Assembly: GCA_964580995.1 (NCBI GenBank) | Contig: CAZOMV010000003.1 | Coordinates: 13,073-77,072, forward strand | Reading direction: 5' to 3' | DNA length: 64,000 nucleotides | Source: an uncultured Pirellulales bacterium | Lineage (GTDB): Bacteria > Planctomycetota > Phycisphaerae > Sedimentisphaerales > SM23-30 | In this document: piece by piece, positions 47,462-56,195 of the stretch | Layout: each line of letters opens with the position of its first letter | Position numbering within the stretch: the stretch's first letter is position 1 | Notes under the pieces: model-generated | Seen by the model: the letters and a program-made list of their open reading frames with translations, nothing else | What the model was told of the DNA's origin: nothing | Databases searched by the model: none | Translations under genes and position numbers: made by a program

Positions 47462-50400
47462 CTATTGCTGCACCCACGGCAAGGAAGCCAACCAATTTTG
47501 CGACAAAATCGCAAAATCGATCAGGTCAACGACACCATCACGATTCACGTCCCCGTTCACCGGCCATTCACTCATGCTGGCATACCCCGTACCACCATAC
47601 GCCCCCATATTCACCCGCCCCCCATTCGGCATCCTCTCCCCCGCCGGATCTTCCATCCAATCCCCCGCATCAATACAGGGACTGGTCACATCATCCATTA
47701 TCCATTGCCCTTCGTTAAACTGTGAGAAAAATAAGCCATAGGTTGTCTGTCCGCTGTCACATTTTAAATAGTAAATACTTGACTCATCTGGGGTAACATA
47801 TGGCCGATAATCCGATAACACCGGATCACTCATTCCAATTTTTTGGATATCAACAAAAGGTTCGTTTAAAGAAGAACGAGTTGCCTTAAAAACATCCCCA
47901 TTGGTTATTCCATCTCGTCTGCCAGAAAAATAAATAGTCAAGCCATCCGGCATAATACAAGGTGCATTGCTGTTACCTTCAGCAAAATTCGTATTTAATT
48001 CCCTTACATTTACTGGATTTGAAAAAGATTCATCTGTTGAATTCCTAGTAGCCATCCAGATAGCAATTGCGCCATATGCTCCTGGACGGGTTGAGTCCCA
48101 GAATATAATCAGTTCATCTTCTGTTAGCGAAGGCCGCGTATCAACATAACCATCCATGTGTAATTCAGGGAAAGAATATTTTACTACCCATACATCATTT
48201 TTTGAAGTTCTCTCAGCCATCTTAAATGTGGTATCTTCAACATAATATAATCTTAGCTCATCTGAAGTGACCCACGGATTATGAGTATCTGTTCCAAAGT
48301 AAAGCTCGTTTGCTACTTTGAATGAAGTAAAAGATCCTTTGGGAATACTTCTACTTGCTTCCACAATACGATGTCCTCCCTCGGGGACAGTCCTTGAAAA
48401 ATATATAGTAAGCATGTCTCTCGACAAACAGGTCCTTACACCTATAATGGGATCGTTTAAGTCAGAACGAAATACCGGTTCCGACCAGCCTTGTTCAGCA
48501 GGAGGTAAGGGAACAAATCTGCCGCGGACAGATTTAAGGTGGTAATCGCCGTTGGTTGGATCGGCAAACTGGGGATAGGCGTCGAAGTTGTTATTCGCCG
48601 AGTCGCCGTTTTTCAGGCAACTGAAACTGGCCTGGCACTGGTACAAGTCGCCATCGGTATTATTCCAGAAGATGCAGTTGGTGATCGCCGGAGCGACGCC
48701 GGAGCAAGCGGAAATGCCGCACTCGTTATCCACAATGGTTAAATTTTTCAAGGTGGGTGAACTACCGGCCAGGAAGACAGCCTTGTCGCTGCCACGAATC
48801 ACAAAATTTTTTAGGATACTGTCCGGCCCTTCGGCAGAATTGCAGGAAATCGCATAATCCCCCGGAGCCTGCAACACAGCCGCATCCGCTGCACTCTGGA
48901 CGGTAATGGCCTTGCCCTGGAAATTAATCAGTTCCGTATAGACTCCCGGCCAGACGTGGACTTCATCGCCATCCTCCGCGGCATTGATACCGGCCTGAAT
49001 GGTCTGAAAAGCAGTCATTTGCGTCAGGCCGTCGTTACTGTCACTGCCACGAATCGTATCGACATGATACACCATCACCGACACATCGCTCATACTGGCG
49101 TAAGCAGTACCGCCATACGCCCCCATATTGATCCGGCCACCGTTGGTCATTGGCTCCCCCGCCGGATCTTCCGTCGGATCCCCCGCATCGATGCAGGGAC
49201 TGGTTACGTCGTCCACCACCCATTGGCCTTCGTTAAATTGAGAAAACCAGATACCACTGTCTCTTTGAAAGTAAATTTCTTTTTCATCAGGCGTAGCATA
49301 AGGCCAATAATCTGCTATGGTGGGATTGCTCGCGCCAATTTTCTGAATATTTCCAAAGGGTTCGTTTTGATTGTTTCTTGTTGCCTTATAAATATCTCCA
49401 TATAGTTTTCCATCTCGTTTACTTCCAAAATAAATGGTCAAACCATCCGGCAAAACACAGGGACCATTACTGTTCCCTTCAGCAAAATTCGTATTTAATT
49501 CACTTACATTTACAGGATTGGTAAATTGCTCGTGAATCGAATTTCGCGTAGCCATCCATATTGCTCCAGTGCCATATGCTCCAGAACGGATTGACTCCCA
49601 ATATATAGTTAATTCATCTTCCATTAAAGAGGGTTTGCTATCGAAGCCGCCATTAATATGAATCGCAGAGAAGGTGATTGTTTCTACCATAGGATCACTT
49701 TTAGTAGCTCGTTCTGCTTGCTTAAGAATATATTCATTATCGCCAATTTTACAACGATAATACATTCGCAATTCATCGGCAGAAAACCAGGGGCATCCAA
49801 CAGCTAAACCAGTAGGCGAAGAATAAACAAGCCATTCTTCGGTGAACGGCCCCTCCGGCATATTACGATGTGCTGCCACTATGTGTGCACTTATTAAACC
49901 ATGAAACCCTCTTCTCATATATATTGTAAGTTTATCTTGTGACAAAAAGGGAAATTGAGGCACATATCCATAGACTGGGTCCTCCAATTCCGATAACAAA
50001 ACCGGTTCCGTCCAGCCTTGTTCGGCCGGGGGCAGGGGATTAAATCGACCGACGACGGATTTAAGATGGTAATCGCCATTATCAGGATCGGCAAATTGGG
50101 GATTGGCGTCGATGTTGTTAAGAGCGGGACCGCCGCCTTCCAGGCGGCTATAGCGGGCCTGGCACTGGTACAGATCACCATCGGTATTGTTCCAGAAGAT
50201 ACAGTTGGTGATCGTCGGGGCGGCGCCAGCATAAGCCGAAATACCAAACTCATTATCCACAATCGTCAAATTCTTCAGTGTGGGCGAGCTGCCCGCCAGA
50301 AAAACCGCCATATCACTGCCGCAAATGACAAAGTTCTTCAGCACACTGCCCGGTCCCTCCGCAAAATAACACGAAACCGCAAAATCACCCGGTGCTTGCA

Positions 50401-50677
50401 AAACCGCCGCATCCGCCGCACTTTGGACAGTAATCGTTTTGCCAAAGAAATTAATCAATTCGGTATAGACACCCGGCCAGACGCGGACCTCGTCGCCATT
50501 CGCTGCCGCGTTGATACCGGCTTGAATAGTCTGAAAGGCGGTTTCTTTGGTCAGGCCGTCGTAGCTGTCACTGCCGTGAATCGTATCGACATGATATACC
50601 GTAACGGCAGATGCAAGGGGGCAGCCTAAGACGGTGACAACCAGTAAAACGATAAGATTTTTTAAGTTTGTAACCAT
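47462..50677 (-). CDS. Secreted 1071-aa protein: two tandem modules (parallel beta-helix with a nested PD40/TolB-like beta-propeller) and a C-terminal dockerin-like repeat
   Basis: RBS GGAGGTAAATT before the ATG. Signal or lipoprotein-like N-terminus. Beta-helix blocks NCIFWNNTDGDLY. DYHLKS ... SPCIDAGD ... NMGAYGGT tail motif. PD40-like repeats (LPDGLTIYFGSKRDG, ADELRMYY, EDELTIYW). DVNRDGVVDLIDFAILSQNW at the C-terminus. Confidence 0.8.
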   Translation of the reverse strand: MVTNLKNLIVLLVVTVLGCPLASAVTVYHVDTIHGSDSYDGLTKETAFQTIQAGINAAANGDEVRVWPGVYTELINFFGKTITVQSAADAAVLQAPGDFAVSCYFAEGPGSVLKNFVICGSDMAVFLAGSSPTLKNLTIVDNEFGISAYAGAAPTITNCIFWNNTDGDLYQCQARYSRLEGGGPALNNIDANPQFADPDNGDYHLKSVVGRFNPLPPAEQGWTEPVLLSELEDPVYGYVPQFPFLSQDKLTIYMRRGFHGLISAHIVAAHRNMPEGPFTEEWLVYSSPTGLAVGCPWFSADELRMYYRCKIGDNEYILKQAERATKSDPMVETITFSAIHINGGFDSKPSLMEDELTIYWESIRSGAYGTGAIWMATRNSIHEQFTNPVNVSELNTNFAEGNSNGPCVLPDGLTIYFGSKRDGKLYGDIYKATRNNQNEPFGNIQKIGASNPTIADYWPYATPDEKEIYFQRDSGIWFSQFNEGQWVVDDVTSPCIDAGDPTEDPAGEPMTNGGRINMGAYGGTAYASMSDVSVMVYHVDTIRGSDSNDGLTQMTAFQTIQAGINAAEDGDEVHVWPGVYTELINFQGKAITVQSAADAAVLQAPGDYAISCNSAEGPDSILKNFVIRGSDKAVFLAGSSPTLKNLTIVDNECGISACSGVAPAITNCIFWNNTDGDLYQCQASFSCLKNGDSANNNFDAYPQFADPTNGDYHLKSVRGRFVPLPPAEQGWSEPVFRSDLNDPIIGVRTCLSRDMLTIYFSRTVPEGGHRIVEASRSIPKGSFTSFKVANELYFGTDTHNPWVTSDELRLYYVEDTTFKMAERTSKNDVWVVKYSFPELHMDGYVDTRPSLTEDELIIFWDSTRPGAYGAIAIWMATRNSTDESFSNPVNVRELNTNFAEGNSNAPCIMPDGLTIYFSGRRDGITNGDVFKATRSSLNEPFVDIQKIGMSDPVLSDYRPYVTPDESSIYYLKCDSGQTTYGLFFSQFNEGQWIMDDVTSPCIDAGDWMEDPAGERMPNGGRVNMGAYGGTGYASMSEWPVNGDVNRDGVVDLIDFAILSQNWLASLPWVQQ
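47570..49078 (-). repeat. Intragenic tandem duplication, module 2 (residues ~534-1036)
   Basis: Aligns along its whole length with module 1. The beta-helix part has 126/148 identical residues by hand count. The DNA is also clearly alignable (e.g. 48541-49080 vs 50040-50590). Confidence 0.9.
49079..50605 (-). repeat. Intragenic tandem duplication, module 1 (residues ~25-533)
   Basis: See module 2. Same domain order and same junction motifs. Confidence 0.9.
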
Positions 50678-50863
50678 AATTTACCTCCATTCGGGATAGC
50701 CGGCTTACCTGCTATCGCCGGGACAAAATATACATTCCTGTAAAACCCGACATACATTTTGATCTTCTTAAGAAACTCTAACAAATGGACATAAAAACGT
50801 TATTTCCAGTGTTAAAAACGTTGTATTTTTTCATAAAAGATAGAGCCTTAAAGATACTCTAAA

Positions 50864-52741
50864 TTAATTTTCTATGGCCATCTGACTCAGAGAAAAGAGC
50901 CAGAGGATACCATCCGTTTCTTGTGATCGGCATTTGCGAATGGTTAGTTCACTGAATTCATCATCGAGACCACGGATATCCTGCAGATACGCAAACTCCA
51001 GGAACCCGGTTTGCTGATTATTGCTGTTCATAAATTCGATCCGCTCTACCACATCCTTTTCCATATCGACAATATAGACCAGCCGGTTTCCATTATATGT
51101 CAAAATAACCTGGGCCTTCACCTGCCCCGGCTCGTACTTCGTCTGAAACCTTATCTTTTGCCGCGCCGCGTCCCGCCGAACCGTATCGATCGTATGCAGT
51201 CCCATCCAGGGCCGTGACAGCCCCGCGAAAAAACTGCCTGACGGGCAGGCGGTGGCGGCCTGCCCGCAGGTCTTCATCTCAGCCCCATTGGTACAGTCGA
51301 GTATCTCCATCCGGTCCGCCACCTGCATTCGCAACCAGGGAGTATGTTCACTACTTGACGCGTAAACAAAGGGGACCCGGCCAGTGCCCTTCACCACTTC
51401 CTCTTCTACCATCCCCGTTATCCGAAAATACGTCCACCCGCGCTGATGCATCGCATCCCGCCCATCCATAACCTGCGCATTGCGCGGCCAGATATACTGA
51501 AAAAACTCCTCCTCCAGCATATTCGGCTGGCAGGTACATACCAATCGGCTGCCGCTTTCTCCCGCCTCCCGGCTAGTCATAACCAGTAAGTTATCCTGGG
51601 AATTCACCATCCCCTCCCCCGGCACCTCGCCCCCTTCCACCCCAGCGATAAAATTCGTCAGTTCCCCATCATCCGTCGGCAAACGCCACACCCCAAGATC
51701 TCTCTTCCAGATATGATAATTATTCACCTGTACCGTATTGCCCTGATACATATAATTCGCCCACTTATTTTGAATCCATTGACAAATCGGCTGATTTCTC
51801 GACGGCTCCATCTGCACCTGCCGGATCATCACCGTCTCCTGCCGGGCCTCAGGATAAAAATACCAGATTTCCTCTTTATGTTCCTTTGACGGCAGATCAC
51901 CAGGGCAGATGACAGAGGAAACCGAACTTTCCACTGCCGCCGCCGGATTCTCACTCTTTTCTACCGCCGCCGGCCCCACCAGAGGAACCGCCGTTATAAT
52001 CCCCGCCGCCGCCGTCAGAGTAACCACCCCAGCCGTGCTCACCGCCATACCCGCCAGACTGGCACCCAACCCCACCTGGGTCATCCCAACCGTCACGCAA
52101 ACCTGGCTGGCCGCCGCCTCACTCGGTGCCGTCAGCTTGCCAAAAACCAGCAACGCCGTCAGCAATGCCCCCTTGCCCAGACCATTGCGAGCCAACTGCT
52201 TCTGAAGCGATTTTTTCGCCCGGAAAAAAAGTATCCGGGTCGCAAATTCCGATTTCCCCATCACCTCGGCAATCTGGGAAAATTCCATCTCTTCATAACA
52301 CCGCAGCGACAAAACTTCCCGATACGGAGGCCGCAAGCTTCGCATGGCAGCCAGAATAACCTGCTTCAGCTCCTGCGTTACCAGTTGGGCCAGCCCGTCC
52401 TGCTTATTTTGTGGGTGATCCTGTAAATCCAAAACCCCGGTTTGGGATAACGAAACCACCCGCTGTCGCATCTCCCCCCGGTAATAACGACGGATCTTAT
52501 TGGTAGCTATCCCATAAATCCAGGGCCAAAACCGGTCATTTCTCTTCAATTTTCCGAATATCTTAATCATTTCTATGATCGTCTCCTGCACAATGTCCTC
52601 CGCCAGGGCATCATGCAAAACAATCCGATATACATATCGGTACAGCCTGATCCGCACCAGATTGGCCAAATCATTCATACATTCCTGATTGCCAAGCTGA
52701 GCCTTCTGGACAATCTCAAATAGATCAAGGCTATTTTCCAT
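50864..52741 (-). CDS. ECF-type sigma-70 factor fused to a hydrophobic membrane segment and a ~360-aa C-terminal (probably extracytoplasmic) domain
   Basis: Region 2: LYRYVYRIVLHDALAEDIVQETIIEMIKIFGKLKRNDRFWPWIYGIATNKIRRYYR. Region 4: LRPPYREVLSLRCYEEMEFSQIAEVMGKSEFATRILFFRAKKSLQKQL. Hydrophobic stretch ~res 190-260 (GALLTALLVFGKL...GASLAGMAVSTAGVVTLTAAAGIITAVPLVGPAA), followed by 360 aa of unknown fold. Confidence 0.8.
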   Translation of the reverse strand: MENSLDLFEIVQKAQLGNQECMNDLANLVRIRLYRYVYRIVLHDALAEDIVQETIIEMIKIFGKLKRNDRFWPWIYGIATNKIRRYYRGEMRQRVVSLSQTGVLDLQDHPQNKQDGLAQLVTQELKQVILAAMRSLRPPYREVLSLRCYEEMEFSQIAEVMGKSEFATRILFFRAKKSLQKQLARNGLGKGALLTALLVFGKLTAPSEAAASQVCVTVGMTQVGLGASLAGMAVSTAGVVTLTAAAGIITAVPLVGPAAVEKSENPAAAVESSVSSVICPGDLPSKEHKEEIWYFYPEARQETVMIRQVQMEPSRNQPICQWIQNKWANYMYQGNTVQVNNYHIWKRDLGVWRLPTDDGELTNFIAGVEGGEVPGEGMVNSQDNLLVMTSREAGESGSRLVCTCQPNMLEEEFFQYIWPRNAQVMDGRDAMHQRGWTYFRITGMVEEEVVKGTGRVPFVYASSSEHTPWLRMQVADRMEILDCTNGAEMKTCGQAATACPSGSFFAGLSRPWMGLHTIDTVRRDAARQKIRFQTKYEPGQVKAQVILTYNGNRLVYIVDMEKDVVERIEFMNSNNQQTGFLEFAYLQDIRGLDDEFSELTIRKCRSQETDGILWLFSLSQMAIEN

Positions 52742-53403
52742 TCAGAATTCACCTAATAAGTGCCGAAAAATCTTCATTTTATTACGCTTTTTTTCTCATT
52801 TTTTATAAAAAACTGTCGTGTTTTGTAGAACTTTATCTGATCAAAACAAACGAATTGCCCCAGCGGACAACTTCTCATTGAAAAATTAAGATCCCGATGT
52901 TATATTAGTAACCTCTTATTATGCACCAAGTTATGTAAATCGTGCAACAAAATTATATGAAATGGGAGGATCGTTCTTTATCTGGCAGAAAAAGCAGAAT
53001 GACCCGGTTTTAGCGGGCCTCGATTGCCGATAATTTGCTCCAAAGAGTGAGCTCACTTGGTAGTACCAGTCCCCCCGTCATTAATGAAGGCGTTTTTCAG
53101 AAGCATATTGTTGATAGTAAAAAAATACGATTCGTAAAAATTTATGAGAAAAAGATCGAAAATCCCCCTTTTTGCCGCATTTCAGCGGAAATTTTGTTTT
53201 ACAAAATCCTTAATAATTGTTATAAGAAACTAAAGTAGTTTAAAAGGGCTACGACAAGGAGATAGGAGAAAGTGTTTTTCTGTGCTCACTTCCGCTTAAT
53301 CATTCGTTCTAAATCTCTTATTTTTTTGTTAGCAGAAGCCTTGTTGTCATAACTATCTTACAAGTAAATACTTAGTGTAATTTTGGAGACAAAGAAAGCG
53401 ATC

Positions 53404-53937
53404 ATGAAGATTTTTTTTACAATCCTGTGTATTTTTAGTATAGGTTCCATGACGTGGGGTGATGTATCCTTGACAATTTACGAAAGTGATAACGTAACTC
53501 TATTTGATTTTCGCGATATTTTAGTAGGTACAACGCTGAAATGCCGAGTCAGTTCAGATACCAGCAATACCTGGATAGGAACTGTTTTACTGCAGGAAAC
53601 AGATAGTGAATTGGGTTGTTTATCAGATGCAGAACCTTTACCAGCCGCAGGCGATAATAGTTCTGCCTATTTCTGGGAAGATGGTTCTTCTTCCGGTTTT
53701 GATCTATATGCTGATTCCAATCCGATTGTTGGCGACTGGTTTACTCTTACGTATACCGCACTGGCAGAAGGATATCCGTCCATTGGTTTGTATAATTATG
53801 ATACCAACTTTCAGAAGGAGTGGGTCGATACCAAAACCTTCCATCAAATAACTCCTGAACCCACCTCCAGCCTCCTGATAGGGTTTGGCAGCCTGATTTC
53901 CCTATATTTCCGTCGGAAATCCCACCGGTTATCATAA
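53404..53937 (+). CDS. Small secreted PEP-CTERM-anchored protein
   Basis: Signal peptide MKIFFTILCIFSIGSMTWG. C-terminus ITPEPTSSLLIGFGSLISLYFRRKSHRLS contains the PEP motif, a TM helix and a basic cluster. The gene is AT-rich. Confidence 0.75.
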   Translation: MKIFFTILCIFSIGSMTWGDVSLTIYESDNVTLFDFRDILVGTTLKCRVSSDTSNTWIGTVLLQETDSELGCLSDAEPLPAAGDNSSAYFWEDGSSSGFDLYADSNPIVGDWFTLTYTALAEGYPSIGLYNYDTNFQKEWVDTKTFHQITPEPTSSLLIGFGSLISLYFRRKSHRLS

Positions 53938-54010
53938 CCGTTTACTGTGAGAATGGAAGCTTGAGGGGCACAGAGAGAGCTTATTCGTATCTTATTTTGA
54001 ATCATGAAGT

Positions 54011-54302
54011 TATAAGGGGGTGATTCATGTTTAAGGACACGCTTTGAATATAAGGGGGAGGTTCATTTCAGAAAATAAGGTTATCGGAAGTTTATTGCCA
54101 ATTCACGAGGGTATCTATTTTGTAAAAAGAAGAAAAACAGTTTTTTTAGTATCAAGAGATACTCCTTGCCAAACGCTTTAAATAATAGAAGGTGTGGCTC
54201 TGGAAGCAGGAGAGTCTCTCTCTGCGAAGAGAAAATTCCTTAGTATAAATAGCAGGAATACGATGTTGGAATACTAAAACGTTCGTGTAAGGGGAACTTC
54301 AT
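54011..54302 (+). repeat. Three copies of a TAAGGGG(N4-5)TTCAT motif in the leader of the C39-like gene
   Basis: TATAAGGGGGTGATTCAT (54011-54028), TATAAGGGGGAGGTTCAT (54049-54066), TAAGGGGAACTTCAT (54288-54302). Also ACGCTTTGAATATAAGG (54039-54055) vs ACGCTTTAAATAATAGAAGG (54173-54192). Confidence 0.6.
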
Positions 54303-54345
54303 CAGAGTATGGGGTATAAGTAATTTGAAGAAAGGAGTTTAGGTC

Positions 54346-56151
54346 GTGAAGAAAGAATGGTTGACACTTGGTTTTGTTATTTTCTTGTCCTTTTGTACCC
54401 AGGTTCGCGCGGATCGGGTGCTAAACCATGAGGAGATGCAACAAATATTTCACTCTCTGATAGCAAACCAGCAGAAAACATGGATTTCCGCTGGGACCAT
54501 GGAAGCTATGCACCAAAGTTATGAGGCGCCAAAAGTAGTAAATCCGGATGAAATTAACCAAAAAATTGAGACCGCCCTCCAGGAATATGCGAACAATTCG
54601 GATAAACCGGAGAAAAGTGCGGATATGCAGCAGATGGCATACGATGCCATCCCCTTCAATATTCAATACAAATATGGCAACGAATACAAAATGACAGCCT
54701 ATGAGACGGTAAAGTATGATGGAACGCGATTTTACTGGGAGATCAACGTGACCTCCCGTATCGATTCCGTTCAGCCTCCCATGAGTGCCACCTTCATGTA
54801 TGACTATTTTAACTTGGAATGGAATGGCAAAAGAGTCTCTGCCTGGAATGGCACCGAGTACACCACATATTCCCGCTCCGCCAAAAATGCCATGGTTGCC
54901 GAATCCCCGGTACAGGTCCCGATCGTAGTGAACGGACCGCTCACAGCGGGGATAATCCCCTGGGGATACGGTTTATATACGTATGAGAAACTCTCTTCCG
55001 CCCAACTGACCGGAACGGAAGTGGTACAGGGGGATACGACCGAGATTCATCTCCAGGTGGTACATGCCGATGGGCTGGAAATGTCTTTTGTGCTGGATCC
55101 GGACAAAAATTACGCCGTCTTGTTTTCTCTGGTTGCCCGCCCCGATTATACCGACGTAGTTACGACCTATGAAAAATATCAACTGGTTGCCGGCCGGTGG
55201 ATCCCCTCTGCGATTACCATCGAAAAATATAATGACTATGGTCCGGATGCCCGGCTGTTAAAAAGCGACAAATGGGACATGCTGTCCATTCAAACCCAGG
55301 TCCCGGAGGCGGATGCTTTTGAGGTCCAGTATGAACAGGATACCTATGTTGAATATAAATCCGCCGGTTCCCCCCAAACCCTGTCCTGTTTTTATACGAA
55401 GGAAGAATATGGTATCGATCATCAATCTCTTCTGCAGGAAAAGAAGCGGATCCTGCAGAATACCGCCACACCTCATAATTGCGGCACGGTCGCTTTGCAA
55501 TACACCCTGGGGCGGCTGGGAATACCGGTTAGCGATCAGGAATTAACCGGTTTAATCGATTCTCATGGAGATTCCAGCATATACGATTTGAAGCTGTTCG
55601 CCCAGAGTAAAGGATTACAGGGAAAAGTGGTGAAAACGGATCTCGAAACCCTCAAGCAGTTGAATGAATACCCGGTGATTCTCTCTTTTCCGGGATCCAG
55701 CCATTTCGTGGTGCTGACACACGCCGACGAGGATTATTTCCGGCTGGTGGACCTCACTAAGAGTAAATTCTACTATCGAACCGACGCCAGCAATCTCCCG
55801 CTGGACTGGCTTGACGGCATCGCCCTGGTACTGTCGCCCAATACCATCGACTTGCCGCCCACTGCCTCGGAACTGGGCGATCCGCAGGCCCAAACCATCG
55901 TTGGCTCCGCATATTACGACTGCATCAACCTTTTGCAGTCCTATTACGTTATATATTGTTCAGAGTATTGCGCCGGCCTGTATGAGGTACATTTTGAACG
56001 CTGGGGCTGCATCTCCGCCGCTTCAGGCAGTTGTTCCGGCTCCTCGTTTGTTCGGTATCAAACTTCTGATTGTATTGCCGATCCCTACGACCTGTCGTCC
56101 TGTATCATAACGGGAGACTGGAATTACTACAATATGCGGGCCTGCCGATGA
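54346..56151 (+). CDS. Secreted 601-aa protein: N-terminal beta-rich domain (LolA-like?), papain-like C39-family peptidase domain, and a Cys-rich tail
   Basis: GTG start preceded by AAAGGAG plus 8 nt. Signal peptide. C39-like catalytic context: PHNCGTVALQYTLGRLG (Cys379) and PGSSHFVVLTH (His453) followed by FRLVDL. 8 Cys in the last 79 residues. Confidence 0.6.
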   Translation: MKKEWLTLGFVIFLSFCTQVRADRVLNHEEMQQIFHSLIANQQKTWISAGTMEAMHQSYEAPKVVNPDEINQKIETALQEYANNSDKPEKSADMQQMAYDAIPFNIQYKYGNEYKMTAYETVKYDGTRFYWEINVTSRIDSVQPPMSATFMYDYFNLEWNGKRVSAWNGTEYTTYSRSAKNAMVAESPVQVPIVVNGPLTAGIIPWGYGLYTYEKLSSAQLTGTEVVQGDTTEIHLQVVHADGLEMSFVLDPDKNYAVLFSLVARPDYTDVVTTYEKYQLVAGRWIPSAITIEKYNDYGPDARLLKSDKWDMLSIQTQVPEADAFEVQYEQDTYVEYKSAGSPQTLSCFYTKEEYGIDHQSLLQEKKRILQNTATPHNCGTVALQYTLGRLGIPVSDQELTGLIDSHGDSSIYDLKLFAQSKGLQGKVVKTDLETLKQLNEYPVILSFPGSSHFVVLTHADEDYFRLVDLTKSKFYYRTDASNLPLDWLDGIALVLSPNTIDLPPTASELGDPQAQTIVGSAYYDCINLLQSYYVIYCSEYCAGLYEVHFERWGCISAASGSCSGSSFVRYQTSDCIADPYDLSSCIITGDWNYYNMRACR

Positions 56152-56195
56152 GTGTTTAATTAGCTCCCTGTGCAAACGCGCTATTCTTCCCGACC

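Noticed and set aside
47570-50605. I considered whether the two ~1.5-kb repeats are a template/variable-repeat pair of a diversity-generating retroelement.
   Set aside because: No reverse transcriptase or accessory gene is nearby. Both copies are in-frame parts of one CDS, and the differences involve all four bases rather than adenine-specific changes.
53035-53238. 67-aa ORF in the 640-bp AT-rich region between the fused sigma gene and the PEP-CTERM gene.
   Set aside because: It starts with TTG, has no RBS and has an AT-driven K/I/F/N-rich composition. The region looks like divergent control DNA; it also contains a 12-bp palindrome AGTGAGCTCACT at 53046-53057.
54011-54302. I considered whether the repeated TAAGGGG boxes form a CRISPR-like array.
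   Set aside because: There are only three short, imperfect copies with irregular spacing (38 nt and ~240 nt), and no cas genes.
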